This document shows, one piece after another, positions 1 to 8,952 of a stretch of DNA of 64,000 nucleotides. The position numbers were made by a program, and so were the translations under genes. The DNA comes from an uncultured Acidobacteriota bacterium (GTDB lineage: Bacteria > Acidobacteriota > Vicinamibacteria > Vicinamibacterales > UBA2999). The notes under the pieces are model-generated. The model saw only the letters and a list, made by a program, of their open reading frames with translations, did not search any database and was not told the DNA's origin. Where the stretch lies: assembly GCA_902826515.1 (NCBI GenBank), contig CADEFD010000003.1, forward strand, positions 968-64,967, given 5' to 3'. Within the stretch, counting starts at the first letter, position 1; each line of letters opens with the position of its first letter.

Positions 1-1
1 G

Positions 2-202
2 ATGCTGCTCGTCGAAGTGGGCACCGCGATCATGGCGCGCGTCGCGCCGTCGCTCAACCTTCTGGCCGTGGCGCCGCCCATCCGCGTCGCCGTGGGTCTG
101 CTCGCGATGGCGGCGATGGTGCCGCTCGTGCCATCGGTCGTGCGCGCCGCCGCGTCGGGCGTCGGCGAACTGGCCCTGCGCGCCGCCGGCGCCTTCCGCT
201 GA
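2..202 (+). CDS. fliR: FliR, flagellar export-gate membrane protein (C-terminal fragment, 5' end outside window)
   Basis: Hydrophobic C-terminal segment directly upstream of flhB-flhA, the canonical fliPQR-flhBA order. Only 66 aa are visible. Confidence 0.55.
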   Translation: MLLVEVGTAIMARVAPSLNLLAVAPPIRVAVGLLAMAAMVPLVPSVVRAAASGVGELALRAAGAFR

Positions 203-209
203 GTCTGCC

Positions 210-1286
210 GTGGCCGACGATCAGAGCGGAGAGAAATCCGAAAAACCTTCAGCGAAACGGCTGAAGGACGCCCGCGAGAAGGGCAACGTCCCACGCAGCG
301 CCGACCTCGTGGCGGCGCTGTCGCTGCTGGCCGTGTCGACCGTGCTCGCGCGCACCGGCGGCGCCGGCGTGGTCCGCCTGCAGCAGCATCTCGCCGAGGG
401 GCTGCGCGGGCTCGGTGACCGCGCCCATCTCACCATCACGGCCGAATCGGTCGGTACGATCGTCACGAGCGACGCCCTGGTGCTCGGTCTCATCGTGGCG
501 CCGCTCATGGCCGTGGCGGCCTTCACCGCGCTCGCCGGGAACCTGGTGCAGTCGGGCTGGGTCTTCGCTCCGGAGCGGCTGACGCCCGACTTCACCCGTC
601 TCAGTCCGGCCAACGGCTTCTCGCGGTTCGCGCCGTCGCAGGCCGGCATCACCGTGCTCAAGGCGAGCATCGCCGTCAGCATCGTCTCGGCGCTGCTGTA
701 TTCGCTGAGCGCGCGGGCGATGGCCGAGACGCCGCGCCTCGCCTGGATGTCGCCGTCGATGGCCGCCGCCGAAGGCTGGGCGTGGATCTGGCGGCTGCTC
801 ATGCAGGGCGGGCTGTCGCTGCTGCTGCTGGCCGGCGCCGACGTGGGCTGGCAGTGGTGGAAGCACTACCAGTCGCTCAAGATGACCAAGCAGGAGCTGC
901 GCGACGAATCGAAGGGCAGCGAAGGCAACCCCGAGGTCAAAGCGCGCGTGCGCCGCATCCAGCGCGACATGACGCGCCGGCGGATGCTGGCCGCGGTGAA
1001 GACCGCCACGGTCGTCGTCACCAACCCCACCCACTTCGCCGTCGCCCTCGAATACAAGCGCGGCGCGATGAGCGCGCCGCGGGTCGTGGCCAAGGGGCAG
1101 GACCTGCTGGCCGCGCGCATCAGGGAAATCGCCCGCGAACACGGCGTGCCCATCATCGAGAACAAACCGCTCGCGCAGGCCCTCTTCAAGGGTGCCGACG
1201 TGGGCGACGTCATCCCGGGCGATCTCTTCGGCGCGGTCGCCGAATTGCTCGCCTACCTCGTCCGCATCCGTCAGCTGATGCTCTGA
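210..1286 (+). CDS. flhB: FlhB, flagellar type III export switch protein
   Basis: 358 aa. N-terminal EKSEKPSAKRLKDAREKGNVPRS, four TM segments, and the NPTH autocleavage motif (VVVTNPTHFAVALEY). GTG start. Confidence 0.95.
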   Translation: MADDQSGEKSEKPSAKRLKDAREKGNVPRSADLVAALSLLAVSTVLARTGGAGVVRLQQHLAEGLRGLGDRAHLTITAESVGTIVTSDALVLGLIVAPLMAVAAFTALAGNLVQSGWVFAPERLTPDFTRLSPANGFSRFAPSQAGITVLKASIAVSIVSALLYSLSARAMAETPRLAWMSPSMAAAEGWAWIWRLLMQGGLSLLLLAGADVGWQWWKHYQSLKMTKQELRDESKGSEGNPEVKARVRRIQRDMTRRRMLAAVKTATVVVTNPTHFAVALEYKRGAMSAPRVVAKGQDLLAARIREIAREHGVPIIENKPLAQALFKGADVGDVIPGDLFGAVAELLAYLVRIRQLML

Positions 1287-1293
1287 GATCCGC

Positions 1294-3330
1294 ATGGCCA
1301 CCACCAGTTCCCCGAGGAATCCCTCCCACCTGCTCGTGCCGATCGCGCTCCTGGCGGTCGTCATGCTGATGGTGGTGCCGATGCCGCCGCTGCTGCTCGA
1401 CCTGCTGCTGTCGATCGACATCGGCCTGTCGGTCGTGCTGCTTCTGACCGTGGTCTACGTCAAGAACCCGGTCGAGTTCTCGGTCTTCCCGTCGCTGCTC
1501 CTGCTGCTCACCCTGCTGCGCCTGGCGCTGAACGTCGCCGCCACGCGCCTCATCCTGATGCGGGGCCACGAAGGGGTGGAGGCGGCCGGCCACGTCATCA
1601 TGGCGTTCGGCCAGTTCGTCGTCGGCGGCAACTTCGTCGTGGGCATCGTGGTGTTCCTCGTGCTCATCGCGATTCAGTTCATCGTCATCAACCACGGCGC
1701 GGTGCGCATCTCGGAAGTGACGGCGCGTTTCACCCTGGACGCGATGCCCGGCCGCCAGATGGCCATCGACGCCGACCTGAACGCCGGCGCCATCGACGAG
1801 GCGGAAGCGCGCGTGCGGCGCGACCGGGTGCGGCGCGAAGCCGACTTCTACGGCTCGATGGACGGCGCCATCCGCTTCACGCAGCGCGACGCGCTCGCCG
1901 CCATCCTCATCACCGGCGTGAACATCGCGGCCGGTCTCGTCATCGGCGTGCTGCAGCACGGCGTCGATCTCGCGACGGCGGCCCAGACCTACACCATCCT
2001 GACCATCGGCGAAGGCCTCGTCACCGCCATCCCGGCGCTGCTCGTGTCGATGTCGGGCGGTCTCATCACCACCCGCGCCGCATCGGAATCGCACCTCGGC
2101 GACGACGTCGCCGACCAGTTGCTGGCGCGCTGGCGTCCGCTCGCCGCCGCGGCCGCCGCCCTGGTCGCGCTGGCGCTCATTCCCGGCCTGCCGAAGTTCG
2201 CCTTCATCACCGTGGCGCTCGTGCTCGGCGGCGCCGCCTACGCCACGAAGAACGCGGCGGCGAAGCCGGCCGCGCCGGCGGCCGCCACGCCGGCCGCGGC
2301 GCCCGATGCCCTTGACGGCGGCGTCAACATCGACCCGCTCGGCGTGGAGGTGGGCTACGCGCTCGTCTCGCTCGTCGACGAAGCCCAGGGCGGCACGCTG
2401 CTCGCGCGCATCCGCTCGGTGCGGCGCCAGATCGCGACCGAAACAGGCGTGGTCGTGCCGGCCGTGCACGTGGCCGACAACCTCCAGCTCGGGCCGCGGC
2501 ACTACACGATTCTCGTGAAGGGCGTCGAAGTGGCGCGCGGCGAGCTCTACGCCGACCGGCTGCTCGCCATCAACCCGGGCACGGCCGGCGGCGGCCTCGA
2601 GGGTGTGCAGACGCGTGAACCGGCGTTCGGCCTGCCGGCCCTCTGGATCGGCATCGAGCAGCGCGACCGCGCCTCGGCGGCCGGCTACACGGTGGTCGAT
2701 CCGACGACGGCGCTCTCGACGCACCTCTCCGAGACCATCCGCGTGTTCCTGCCGGAGCTGCTGACCCGGCAGCACACCAAGGAACTCGTGGACCGGGTGG
2801 CGCAGAACTCGCCCAAGCTCATCGAGGAGCTGGTGCCCAAGATTGCCTCGATTGGCGACATCCAGCGCGTGCTGCGCCAGCTGCTGCGCGAGCGCGTGTC
2901 GATCCGCGACCTCACGACGATTCTCGAAGCGGTGGCCGACGCGGCACCCGGCGCCAAAGACACGGACGGCGTGGCCGAGGCGGTGCGGGCGGCCATCGGG
3001 CGCTCGATCTGCCGGCCCTACCAGACCGAACGCGACGAACTGCCGGCCATCTCGCTCTCACCCGCGCTCGAGGAGCGCCTGGTGGCCTCGATCGTCAAGA
3101 CCGAACACGGCGCGGTGCTCGCCATCGACCCGACGCAGGCGCAGCGCCTGGCCTCGCGCATCGGCGAGATCTTCGCCGGGGCGGTGGCACAACCTGTGCT
3201 CTTGTGCACACCGACGTTGCGTCCACACATCTGGCGGCTTTTCGCCAGGGTGCTGCCGCATCTGGGTGTGCTGTCGCACAACGAAGTGCCGCCGCAAGTG
3301 CACGTGGCCTCGATCGCGACGCTGGATTGA
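1294..3330 (+). CDS. flhA: FlhA, flagellar type III export gate protein
   Basis: 678 aa. N-terminal polytopic region, FHIPEP-type block (ISEVTARFTLDAMPGRQMAIDADL), large C-terminal cytoplasmic domain. Follows flhB. Confidence 0.96.
   Translation: MATTSSPRNPSHLLVPIALLAVVMLMVVPMPPLLLDLLLSIDIGLSVVLLLTVVYVKNPVEFSVFPSLLLLLTLLRLALNVAATRLILMRGHEGVEAAGHVIMAFGQFVVGGNFVVGIVVFLVLIAIQFIVINHGAVRISEVTARFTLDAMPGRQMAIDADLNAGAIDEAEARVRRDRVRREADFYGSMDGAIRFTQRDALAAILITGVNIAAGLVIGVLQHGVDLATAAQTYTILTIGEGLVTAIPALLVSMSGGLITTRAASESHLGDDVADQLLARWRPLAAAAAALVALALIPGLPKFAFITVALVLGGAAYATKNAAAKPAAPAAATPAAAPDALDGGVNIDPLGVEVGYALVSLVDEAQGGTLLARIRSVRRQIATETGVVVPAVHVADNLQLGPRHYTILVKGVEVARGELYADRLLAINPGTAGGGLEGVQTREPAFGLPALWIGIEQRDRASAAGYTVVDPTTALSTHLSETIRVFLPELLTRQHTKELVDRVAQNSPKLIEELVPKIASIGDIQRVLRQLLRERVSIRDLTTILEAVADAAPGAKDTDGVAEAVRAAIGRSICRPYQTERDELPAISLSPALEERLVASIVKTEHGAVLAIDPTQAQRLASRIGEIFAGAVAQPVLLCTPTLRPHIWRLFARVLPHLGVLSHNEVPPQVHVASIATLD
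3185..3200 (+). promoter_or_regulatory. Candidate sigma-54 (-24/-12) promoter inside the flhA 3' end, upstream of flhF-fliA
   Basis: TGGCACAACCTGTGCT versus consensus TGGCAC-N5-TTGCW. GG and GC have exact spacing. It lies ~130 nt upstream of the flhF ATG and is near-identical to the element at 42314-42329. Confidence 0.4.
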
Positions 3331-3331
3331 C

Positions 3332-4345
3332 ATGCTGCAGGTCAAAGAGTTCCGCCAACCCACGGTTCGCGACGCCTTTCAGGCGATTCGCGAGGAATTC
3401 GGCCCGAGTGCGGTCGTGCTGGAGAGCGGGCTCGTCAGCGCCCGCGGCTGGCGCGGCTGGGTCGGGATGCGCGAGGTGCGCGTCACCGCCCAGGCCCCGG
3501 AAGGCTGGGAGGCCGACACCGAGCGCCGGCCGGCCGTTCCCGAGCGTCGGCAGGCCGACACCCCGGCGTCGGCGAGCAGTCTCGCGGCCCGCCTCGCCGC
3601 CGCCGGCATCGACCCGGCACTCGCCGACTCGGTGGCGGCCGGTGTGCCGGCGAAGCAGCAGCGCAACCTCACGGCCGACGGCGTCCGCCAGCACCTGGCG
3701 ACGTATCTGACGCCGCACGCCGCCGGCGCCGAGGCGTTTGCCCGCGTCGAGGTCTTCGTCGGGCCGCCGGGGGTGGGGAAGACGACCACCATCGCCAAGA
3801 TCGCGGCCCAGGAGAAGGTGCGCCGCAAGCGTGCCCTGGGCGTGGTCGCGGCCGACGCGTTCCGCGCCGGCGCGGTCGAGCAGCTGCGGACCTACGCCGC
3901 CATCATCGGCGCGCCGTTCCGCACCGCCCGCACCATCGACGACATGGACCAGGCGATTGCCGCCTCGCGGCAGACGCTCCTCGTCGACACCGCCGGCCGC
4001 TCGCCCAAGGACGACGACGTGCGCGACCTGCGCCGCATGCTCGGCCGCCGCGAGGGCGTGCGCACCCACCTCGTGATTCCGGCCGACACCTCGGTGTCGT
4101 CGGCACGGCGCATCGTGGAACGGTTCGCCGACACGCAGCCCGACCGCGTGGTCGTGTCGCGGCTCGACGAAGCGGAGTCGCCGGCGGCGCTCCTCACCTG
4201 GCTGCTCGCGAGCGGCCTGCAGATTTCCTACGTGACCACGGGACAGCGCGTGCCGGAAGACCTCGAGCGCGCCACCCCGGAGGTCCTTGCCGCCGTGCTG
4301 CTCGGCGACGAGCTCGGCGTGCCGACGGCGATGGGCCTGGCGTGA
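3332..4345 (+). CDS. flhF: FlhF, SRP-type flagellar GTPase
   Basis: MLQVKEFRQPTVRDAFQAIREEFG N-terminal B-domain. GTPase motifs VGPPGVGKTTT and LVDTAGRS. ATG lies 2 nt after the flhA stop. The ORF-track start at 2843 is an in-frame extension overlapping flhA. Confidence 0.9.
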   Translation: MLQVKEFRQPTVRDAFQAIREEFGPSAVVLESGLVSARGWRGWVGMREVRVTAQAPEGWEADTERRPAVPERRQADTPASASSLAARLAAAGIDPALADSVAAGVPAKQQRNLTADGVRQHLATYLTPHAAGAEAFARVEVFVGPPGVGKTTTIAKIAAQEKVRRKRALGVVAADAFRAGAVEQLRTYAAIIGAPFRTARTIDDMDQAIAASRQTLLVDTAGRSPKDDDVRDLRRMLGRREGVRTHLVIPADTSVSSARRIVERFADTQPDRVVVSRLDEAESPAALLTWLLASGLQISYVTTGQRVPEDLERATPEVLAAVLLGDELGVPTAMGLA

Positions 4346-4382
4346 TGGCCGGGCGGATGGACAACGACAGGGAGCCACGGCA

Positions 4383-5129
4383 ATGCGTGTAATGAGCGCG
4401 ACTACCGACCAGGACACCGCGGTCCGCGACCAGCTGGTGATGGAACACGTCGGCCTCGTGAAGGCCATGGCGAGCCGGCTCGCCAACCGGCTGCCGCCGC
4501 AGGTCGAGGTCTCCGAGCTCGTGAGCGTCGGCGTGCTGGGGCTCATCGACGCGGCCGGCCGGTTCCGGCCGTCGCTCGGCGTGCCCTTCAGCGCCTTCGC
4601 CCGCCGCCGCATCCACGGCGCGATGCTCGACTCGCTGCGCGGCCTCGACTGGGCGCCGCGCGCGGTGCGCAAGCTGCGGCGCGACGTCGATGCGGCGATT
4701 GCCAACCTGCGCTTCGAACTCGGCCGCGAACCCGAGGCGGCCGACATCGCCCGCGCGCTCGACGTCTCCGAGAGCGACTACGAGAAGATGCTCGATCGCC
4801 TGAAGGTCGCCGAGCTGGCCTCGATCCGGCAGAGCGCGACCACCGAAGACGGCCGCACCGCGCTCGACGTCGAGATCGAACCCGGCGAGGGGCCGCATGC
4901 GCGGCTCGAGCGCGAGGAGATGCGGCGGCTGCTGGCCGGCGCCATCACCGAGCTGCCCGAGCGCGAACGGCAGATCCTGGCCCTCTACTACGAGGAAGAG
5001 CTGACGCTGGCGGAAATCGGCCAGGTCATCGGCGTCGGCGAATCGCGCGTGTCGCAGCTGCGCAGCCAGGCGATTGCCCGGCTCCGCTCGGTGCTCGCCA
5101 CCCGGATGACACGAAAGGACGCGGCGTAG
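4383..5129 (+). CDS. fliA: FliA/WhiG-type flagellar sigma-28 factor
   Basis: Sigma-70 region 2 (LVSVGVLGLIDAAGRFRP), region 3, and region 4 HTH (LTLAEIGQVIGVGESRVSQLRSQAIARLR). Start taken at MRVMS, the internal ATG of ORF 4287-5129. Confidence 0.9.
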   Translation: MRVMSATTDQDTAVRDQLVMEHVGLVKAMASRLANRLPPQVEVSELVSVGVLGLIDAAGRFRPSLGVPFSAFARRRIHGAMLDSLRGLDWAPRAVRKLRRDVDAAIANLRFELGREPEAADIARALDVSESDYEKMLDRLKVAELASIRQSATTEDGRTALDVEIEPGEGPHARLEREEMRRLLAGAITELPERERQILALYYEEELTLAEIGQVIGVGESRVSQLRSQAIARLRSVLATRMTRKDAA

Positions 5130-5133
5130 CCCC

Positions 5134-6117
5134 GTGAGCAAAATCCTTTCACAGGACGAGATCGACGCGCTGCTCTCGGCGCCGATCGCCGTCGATCGCG
5201 CCGACCGGACCGACGACCAGTCGCCGGCGGCGAACTTCATCCGCTACAACTTCCGGCGTCCCGACCGCATCTCGAAGGAGCAGATTCACGCGCTGCACTT
5301 CCTGCACGAGCGCTTCGCGCGCAACGTGTCGCAGTCGCTCGCCGCCTACCTGCGCTCGATGACCGACCTGTCACTCGTCTCGGTCGAGCAGTTCGCGTAT
5401 TCCGAGTTCCTGATGTCGCTGTCGGACCCGACGGCGTTCTACGCCGTGTCGATGGCGCCCTTCGACGACCTCGGCGGCCTCGAGATCAACCCGGCCGTGG
5501 CCTTCGCGATGGTCGAGCGCATGCTCGGCGGCGAAGGCAAGGGCGCGGCGGTCGAGCGCGCGCTCACCGACATCGAGCAGAACGTCATCGACTCGGTCGT
5601 CAAGATCCTGCTCGACTCGCTCACCGACACCTGGCGTCCGGTGGTGGACCTGAGCTTCGGCATCCGCGGCCGCGAGACGCGCCCGCAGATGCTGCAGGTG
5701 GCCTCGCCGAACGACACCGTCGTGATGCTGGTGTTCGACATGCGCATCGGCGAAGCGCAGGGCATGCTGAACCTGTGTCTGCCGGCGAGCGTGGTCGAGA
5801 AGACCGACTCGCACTTCGCCGGGGCGCTCGATCGGCACCGCCGCGAACCCACCGGCAAGGAACGCCTGTGGCTCAACGAGAACCTGGCGCGGGTGCCGAT
5901 GCCGCTCAGCGCCGTGCTCGAAACACGCTGCACGACGCGCGAGATGGTGGAGCTCCGGGCCGGGGACGTGCTGTCGCTCGGCGTGCCGACGAGCCGTCCG
6001 CTCGATCTGCGCGTCGGCCGCACCCTGAAGTTCCGTGGCCAGCCGGCCGCGCACGGCGGGCGGGCGAGTGTCGTCGTCTCGCACCGCTGCGACGGCGCCG
6101 GCGTGGCGGAGGCATGA
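5134..6117 (+). CDS. fliM: FliM, flagellar motor switch protein
   Basis: N-terminal LSQDEIDALL (CheY-P binding type). Middle FliM domain and C-terminal SpoA-like segment (VLSLGVPTSRPLDLRVGRTLKFRGQP). GTG start. Confidence 0.92.
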   Translation: MSKILSQDEIDALLSAPIAVDRADRTDDQSPAANFIRYNFRRPDRISKEQIHALHFLHERFARNVSQSLAAYLRSMTDLSLVSVEQFAYSEFLMSLSDPTAFYAVSMAPFDDLGGLEINPAVAFAMVERMLGGEGKGAAVERALTDIEQNVIDSVVKILLDSLTDTWRPVVDLSFGIRGRETRPQMLQVASPNDTVVMLVFDMRIGEAQGMLNLCLPASVVEKTDSHFAGALDRHRREPTGKERLWLNENLARVPMPLSAVLETRCTTREMVELRAGDVLSLGVPTSRPLDLRVGRTLKFRGQPAAHGGRASVVVSHRCDGAGVAEA

Positions 6118-6118
6118 C

Positions 6119-6907
6119 ATGGCCGCTCAGCTGACCACCGACGCCCTCCGGCTGGCGCTTGCCGGCGAGTTCCGCGCCGCCGTCGAAGCCGTCGTCGGCA
6201 ACGTGCTCACGACCACGCCGGTCGCGGCGCCCTCCGGCGCCGGCTGGAGCACGCCGATTGCCGCCTCGGGGCTGGCCGAAGGCCAGCTCACCGTGTGGGT
6301 GGATGAGACCGGTGTCGCCGGCATCGCCCGGGCGATGATGGGCATGGACGAGGCGCCCGAGCCGGGCGTCGCCGCCGACATGCTCAAGGAGCTGTGGGCG
6401 CAGGCCGCGGCCGCGGCCGCCCTCAAGGACGGCTTCGAGGGCCTCACGCTCGTGACCGGCGCGACCGCGCCCGGCACGTTGCCCGCAAACGGCGAGGGCT
6501 TCGCCCTCACCGACGGCGCGACGACGCTGGCGACACTCGCGATGACCGGCGCGGTTGCGGCCGGGCGCGGGGCCCCGGCTGGGGCGGCCGCGTCCGCGGC
6601 TTCAGCCGGCGCCGGATCCGCCGGCAGCGGCCGCGCGGAGTATCCCGGCAATCTCGCGGCGCTCCTCGACATCGACCTGCCGCTCATCGTGCGCTTCGCG
6701 CGCACCGAGATGTCGCTGCGGGCGCTGGCGCAGCTCGGTCCCGGATCGATGGTGGACATGGGCCGCTCGCCGGATGCGCCGGTGCAGCTGCTCATCGGCA
6801 GCCAGGTCGTCGCCGAAGGCGAAGTCGTGGTGGTGGCCGGCAACTACGGCGTGCGGATCACCAGCCTCGTGAGTCCCGCCGATCGACTGAGAGCGATGGA
6901 GCTATGA
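6119..6907 (+). CDS. fliN: FliN/FliY-type motor switch protein with a long N-terminal extension
   Basis: C-terminal SpoA domain LLDIDLPLIVRFARTEMSLRALAQLGPGSMVDMG...GEVVVVAGNYGVRITSL. A ~170-aa Ala/Gly-rich N-terminal region has no obvious CheC phosphatase motif. Confidence 0.88.
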   Translation: MAAQLTTDALRLALAGEFRAAVEAVVGNVLTTTPVAAPSGAGWSTPIAASGLAEGQLTVWVDETGVAGIARAMMGMDEAPEPGVAADMLKELWAQAAAAAALKDGFEGLTLVTGATAPGTLPANGEGFALTDGATTLATLAMTGAVAAGRGAPAGAAASAASAGAGSAGSGRAEYPGNLAALLDIDLPLIVRFARTEMSLRALAQLGPGSMVDMGRSPDAPVQLLIGSQVVAEGEVVVVAGNYGVRITSLVSPADRLRAMEL

Positions 6908-7410
6908 CCTCTGTGCTGACCCCGATGGCGGCCGCGGCCGCCGGCCTGGCCGTGCTGTTCGTCGTGCAGATCGTGCTGCTGTGGAAGCTGGCGCGGTCGA
7001 CGCGCGTGACCGCCGATGCGACCGTCCGTGTCGCCCAGCTCACCGCGGCCCTCGAACTGCTGACGGATACCACTGAAGAAGGATTCGTCAATGTGGCGGC
7101 GGAACTTGAACGGCTCGGCGCCAAGCCGCTCGCCGCCGGGTCGACGCGCCGGGCCACGACGCGGCGGATTGCCGCCGCCGTGCGCAAGGGCAAGGCGATC
7201 GAAGACATCGCCAGCGCCGAGGCGCTCTCGGAGAGCGAGGTGCGCCTGCACCTCGGGCTCGAGACGGCCGCCGAGCCGGTGACCGCGCGGGAAGCCGAAG
7301 AGACCGCCGAGCCCGGGCCCGGCGTGCTCGACGATCTCGAACGCTGGATGAACTCGCTCTCGAAGTCCCGCCGTCCGCGGGGAGCCCGCCATGCCGCCCT
7401 GCGCGTCTGA
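6904..7410 (+). CDS. Hypothetical flagellar-operon protein: N-terminal TM helix plus HTH-like segment
   Basis: ATG overlaps the fliN stop. TM segment AAAAAGLAVLFVVQIVLLW. Later IAAAVRKGKAIEDIASAEALSESEVRLHLGL resembles a short HTH. From memory it resembles DUF2802-type proteins of flagellar loci; this is unverified. Confidence 0.5.
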   Translation: MTSVLTPMAAAAAGLAVLFVVQIVLLWKLARSTRVTADATVRVAQLTAALELLTDTTEEGFVNVAAELERLGAKPLAAGSTRRATTRRIAAAVRKGKAIEDIASAEALSESEVRLHLGLETAAEPVTAREAEETAEPGPGVLDDLERWMNSLSKSRRPRGARHAALRV

Positions 7411-8245
7411 CACCTGCACGCGGCCGTCGCGGTGGTGGCGCTTCGGCGTCACGCGCGGGGCCACGCTCGACGGGCAGTGGCACTGCTCGCAGGGCTGCGT
7501 CGAGGCGGTCGTCCGCGAACGCCTGCACCTCGTGCCGGCCAGCCGCGACGTGCGGCCGCGCCTGCCGGGCATCCGCCTGGGCGCGCTGCTGCGGCATCAG
7601 GGCGCGGTGCATCCCGAACAGCTGACGGCGGCGCTCGAGGCGCAGACCGAAAGCCGGCTGCGGCTCGGCGAGCAGCTCCGCTCGATGGGCGCCGTCGATC
7701 CGCAGGCGCTCCTGCGCGCGCTGGCCGAACAGGCCGGCGTCAGCTACCTCTCGACCGTGGACGTCGCGCGGGTGCACGACGCTCCCGGAGGCCTGAACCT
7801 CGATGCGATCCAGGCGCTGCGGATCGTGCCGATCGGGCCGCCCGAGTCGGGCCGCATCCGCGTGGCCTTCCCGGCGCCGGTGCCGCGCACGGCGCTCACG
7901 ATCTTCCGCCAGCAGACCGGCTGGATGCCGGAGCCGTATCTGGTCGGCGACGACGAGTGGCTGGCGCTGCTCGAACACTACGGCGCCACGTCGCGCGGCC
8001 GCGTCCCGGCCGAAACGGTCTCGATGGGCTTCGCGCGCGAGCGCGATCCGCAGGAAGCGGCGCGCCGGCTGGCGCAGGTGGTCATGGCGACCGGCGACGC
8101 GCGGATGCGCGACGCCCGCTGGGGCCACTACGTGTGGGTGCGGCTCCAGGGAGCCGGCGCGGGTTTCGATTTGTTGCTGGACCAGGCCCCCGAGGGCCGG
8201 CCGGAAGGAGCAGGACCATGGCAGGCGGCCACTACGTCGCGCTGA
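7391..8245 (+). CDS. Zn-ribbon plus T2SSE_N/MshEN-like domain protein (putative c-di-GMP receptor)
   Basis: CxxxxC...HCxxxC at the N-terminus. Residues 62-114 form two RLGxxLxxxGxVxxxxLxxxLxxQ repeats separated by 5 aa. The downstream part follows the T2SSE_N-like pattern (LRALAEQAGVSYL..IQALRIVPIG..IRVAFPAP). No ATPase domain. Confidence 0.6.
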   Translation: MPPCASDTCTRPSRWWRFGVTRGATLDGQWHCSQGCVEAVVRERLHLVPASRDVRPRLPGIRLGALLRHQGAVHPEQLTAALEAQTESRLRLGEQLRSMGAVDPQALLRALAEQAGVSYLSTVDVARVHDAPGGLNLDAIQALRIVPIGPPESGRIRVAFPAPVPRTALTIFRQQTGWMPEPYLVGDDEWLALLEHYGATSRGRVPAETVSMGFARERDPQEAARRLAQVVMATGDARMRDARWGHYVWVRLQGAGAGFDLLLDQAPEGRPEGAGPWQAATTSR

Positions 8246-8934
8246 GCGGCATGCGCACGCGGCTCGACGAGCTGGATCGGCTGGCGTCCGATCTGGCCAA
8301 CGTCGGCACCGCGGGCTACAAGGCCGAACGCACCGGGCACCGCAACGTGCCGCGGCCGGTCTTCGACGACGCGCTCGAGTCGGCGATCGACTCGTCGCTC
8401 GGCGCCCGGCGGCTCGACGCCCGCGCCGGCGCCATCGAGCCGACCGGCCGGGCCATGGACGTCGCCATCGAAGGCGCCGGGTTCCTCGCCGTCGATACGC
8501 CGGCCGGACCGCGCTACACCCGCAACGGGCACCTGAGCCGCACCATCGAGGGACAGCTCGTCACCGCCGACGGCGCCGTCGTGCGCGGCGTGGACGGTCC
8601 GATCACGGTGGGTGAGGGCTCGCTCAGCGTGGATTCCGACGGCTCGGTGCTGAGCAACGGCGCCGTCGTCGGCAAGCTGGCCATCGTGCAGTTCGGCGAT
8701 CCGGGCGCCCTCGTCCGCGAGAGCGGCGCGCTGCTCAAGACGGATGAGACGCCGACGCCGGTTGCGACGCCCACCATCCGCACCGGATCGCTCGAACAGT
8801 CGAACGTCTCGGTCGTCGATCGCGTCGCCGAACTCACCGCCGTCAACCGCAGTTTCCAGGCCCTGCAGAAGGCCGTGTCCGTGCTGATGAACGACGTCGA
8901 TGGCCGCGCCATCGACACGTTCGGCCGCCGCTAG
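8218..8934 (+). CDS. flgF: FlgF, proximal rod protein
   Basis: Flagellar axial-protein N-terminus (ALSGMRTRLDELDRLASDLANVGTAGYK) and C-terminus (GSLEQSNVSVVDRVAELTAVNRSFQALQKAV). 238 aa, precedes flgG. Confidence 0.85.
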   Translation: MAGGHYVALSGMRTRLDELDRLASDLANVGTAGYKAERTGHRNVPRPVFDDALESAIDSSLGARRLDARAGAIEPTGRAMDVAIEGAGFLAVDTPAGPRYTRNGHLSRTIEGQLVTADGAVVRGVDGPITVGEGSLSVDSDGSVLSNGAVVGKLAIVQFGDPGALVRESGALLKTDETPTPVATPTIRTGSLEQSNVSVVDRVAELTAVNRSFQALQKAVSVLMNDVDGRAIDTFGRR

Positions 8935-8952
8935 CAGTTCCGAGGAGTCGTT

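Noticed and set aside
2843-3331. N-terminal extensions offered by the ORF track (for example flhF from 2843, GGDEF-EAL from 33008, uvrA from 59118, HD-GYP from 48241, fliC from 21307)
   Set aside because: The extensions overlap the preceding well-supported genes in another frame and translate to Arg/Pro/Ala-rich sequence. Internal ATG or GTG codons placed at or next to the upstream stop codon give proteins with canonical N-termini.
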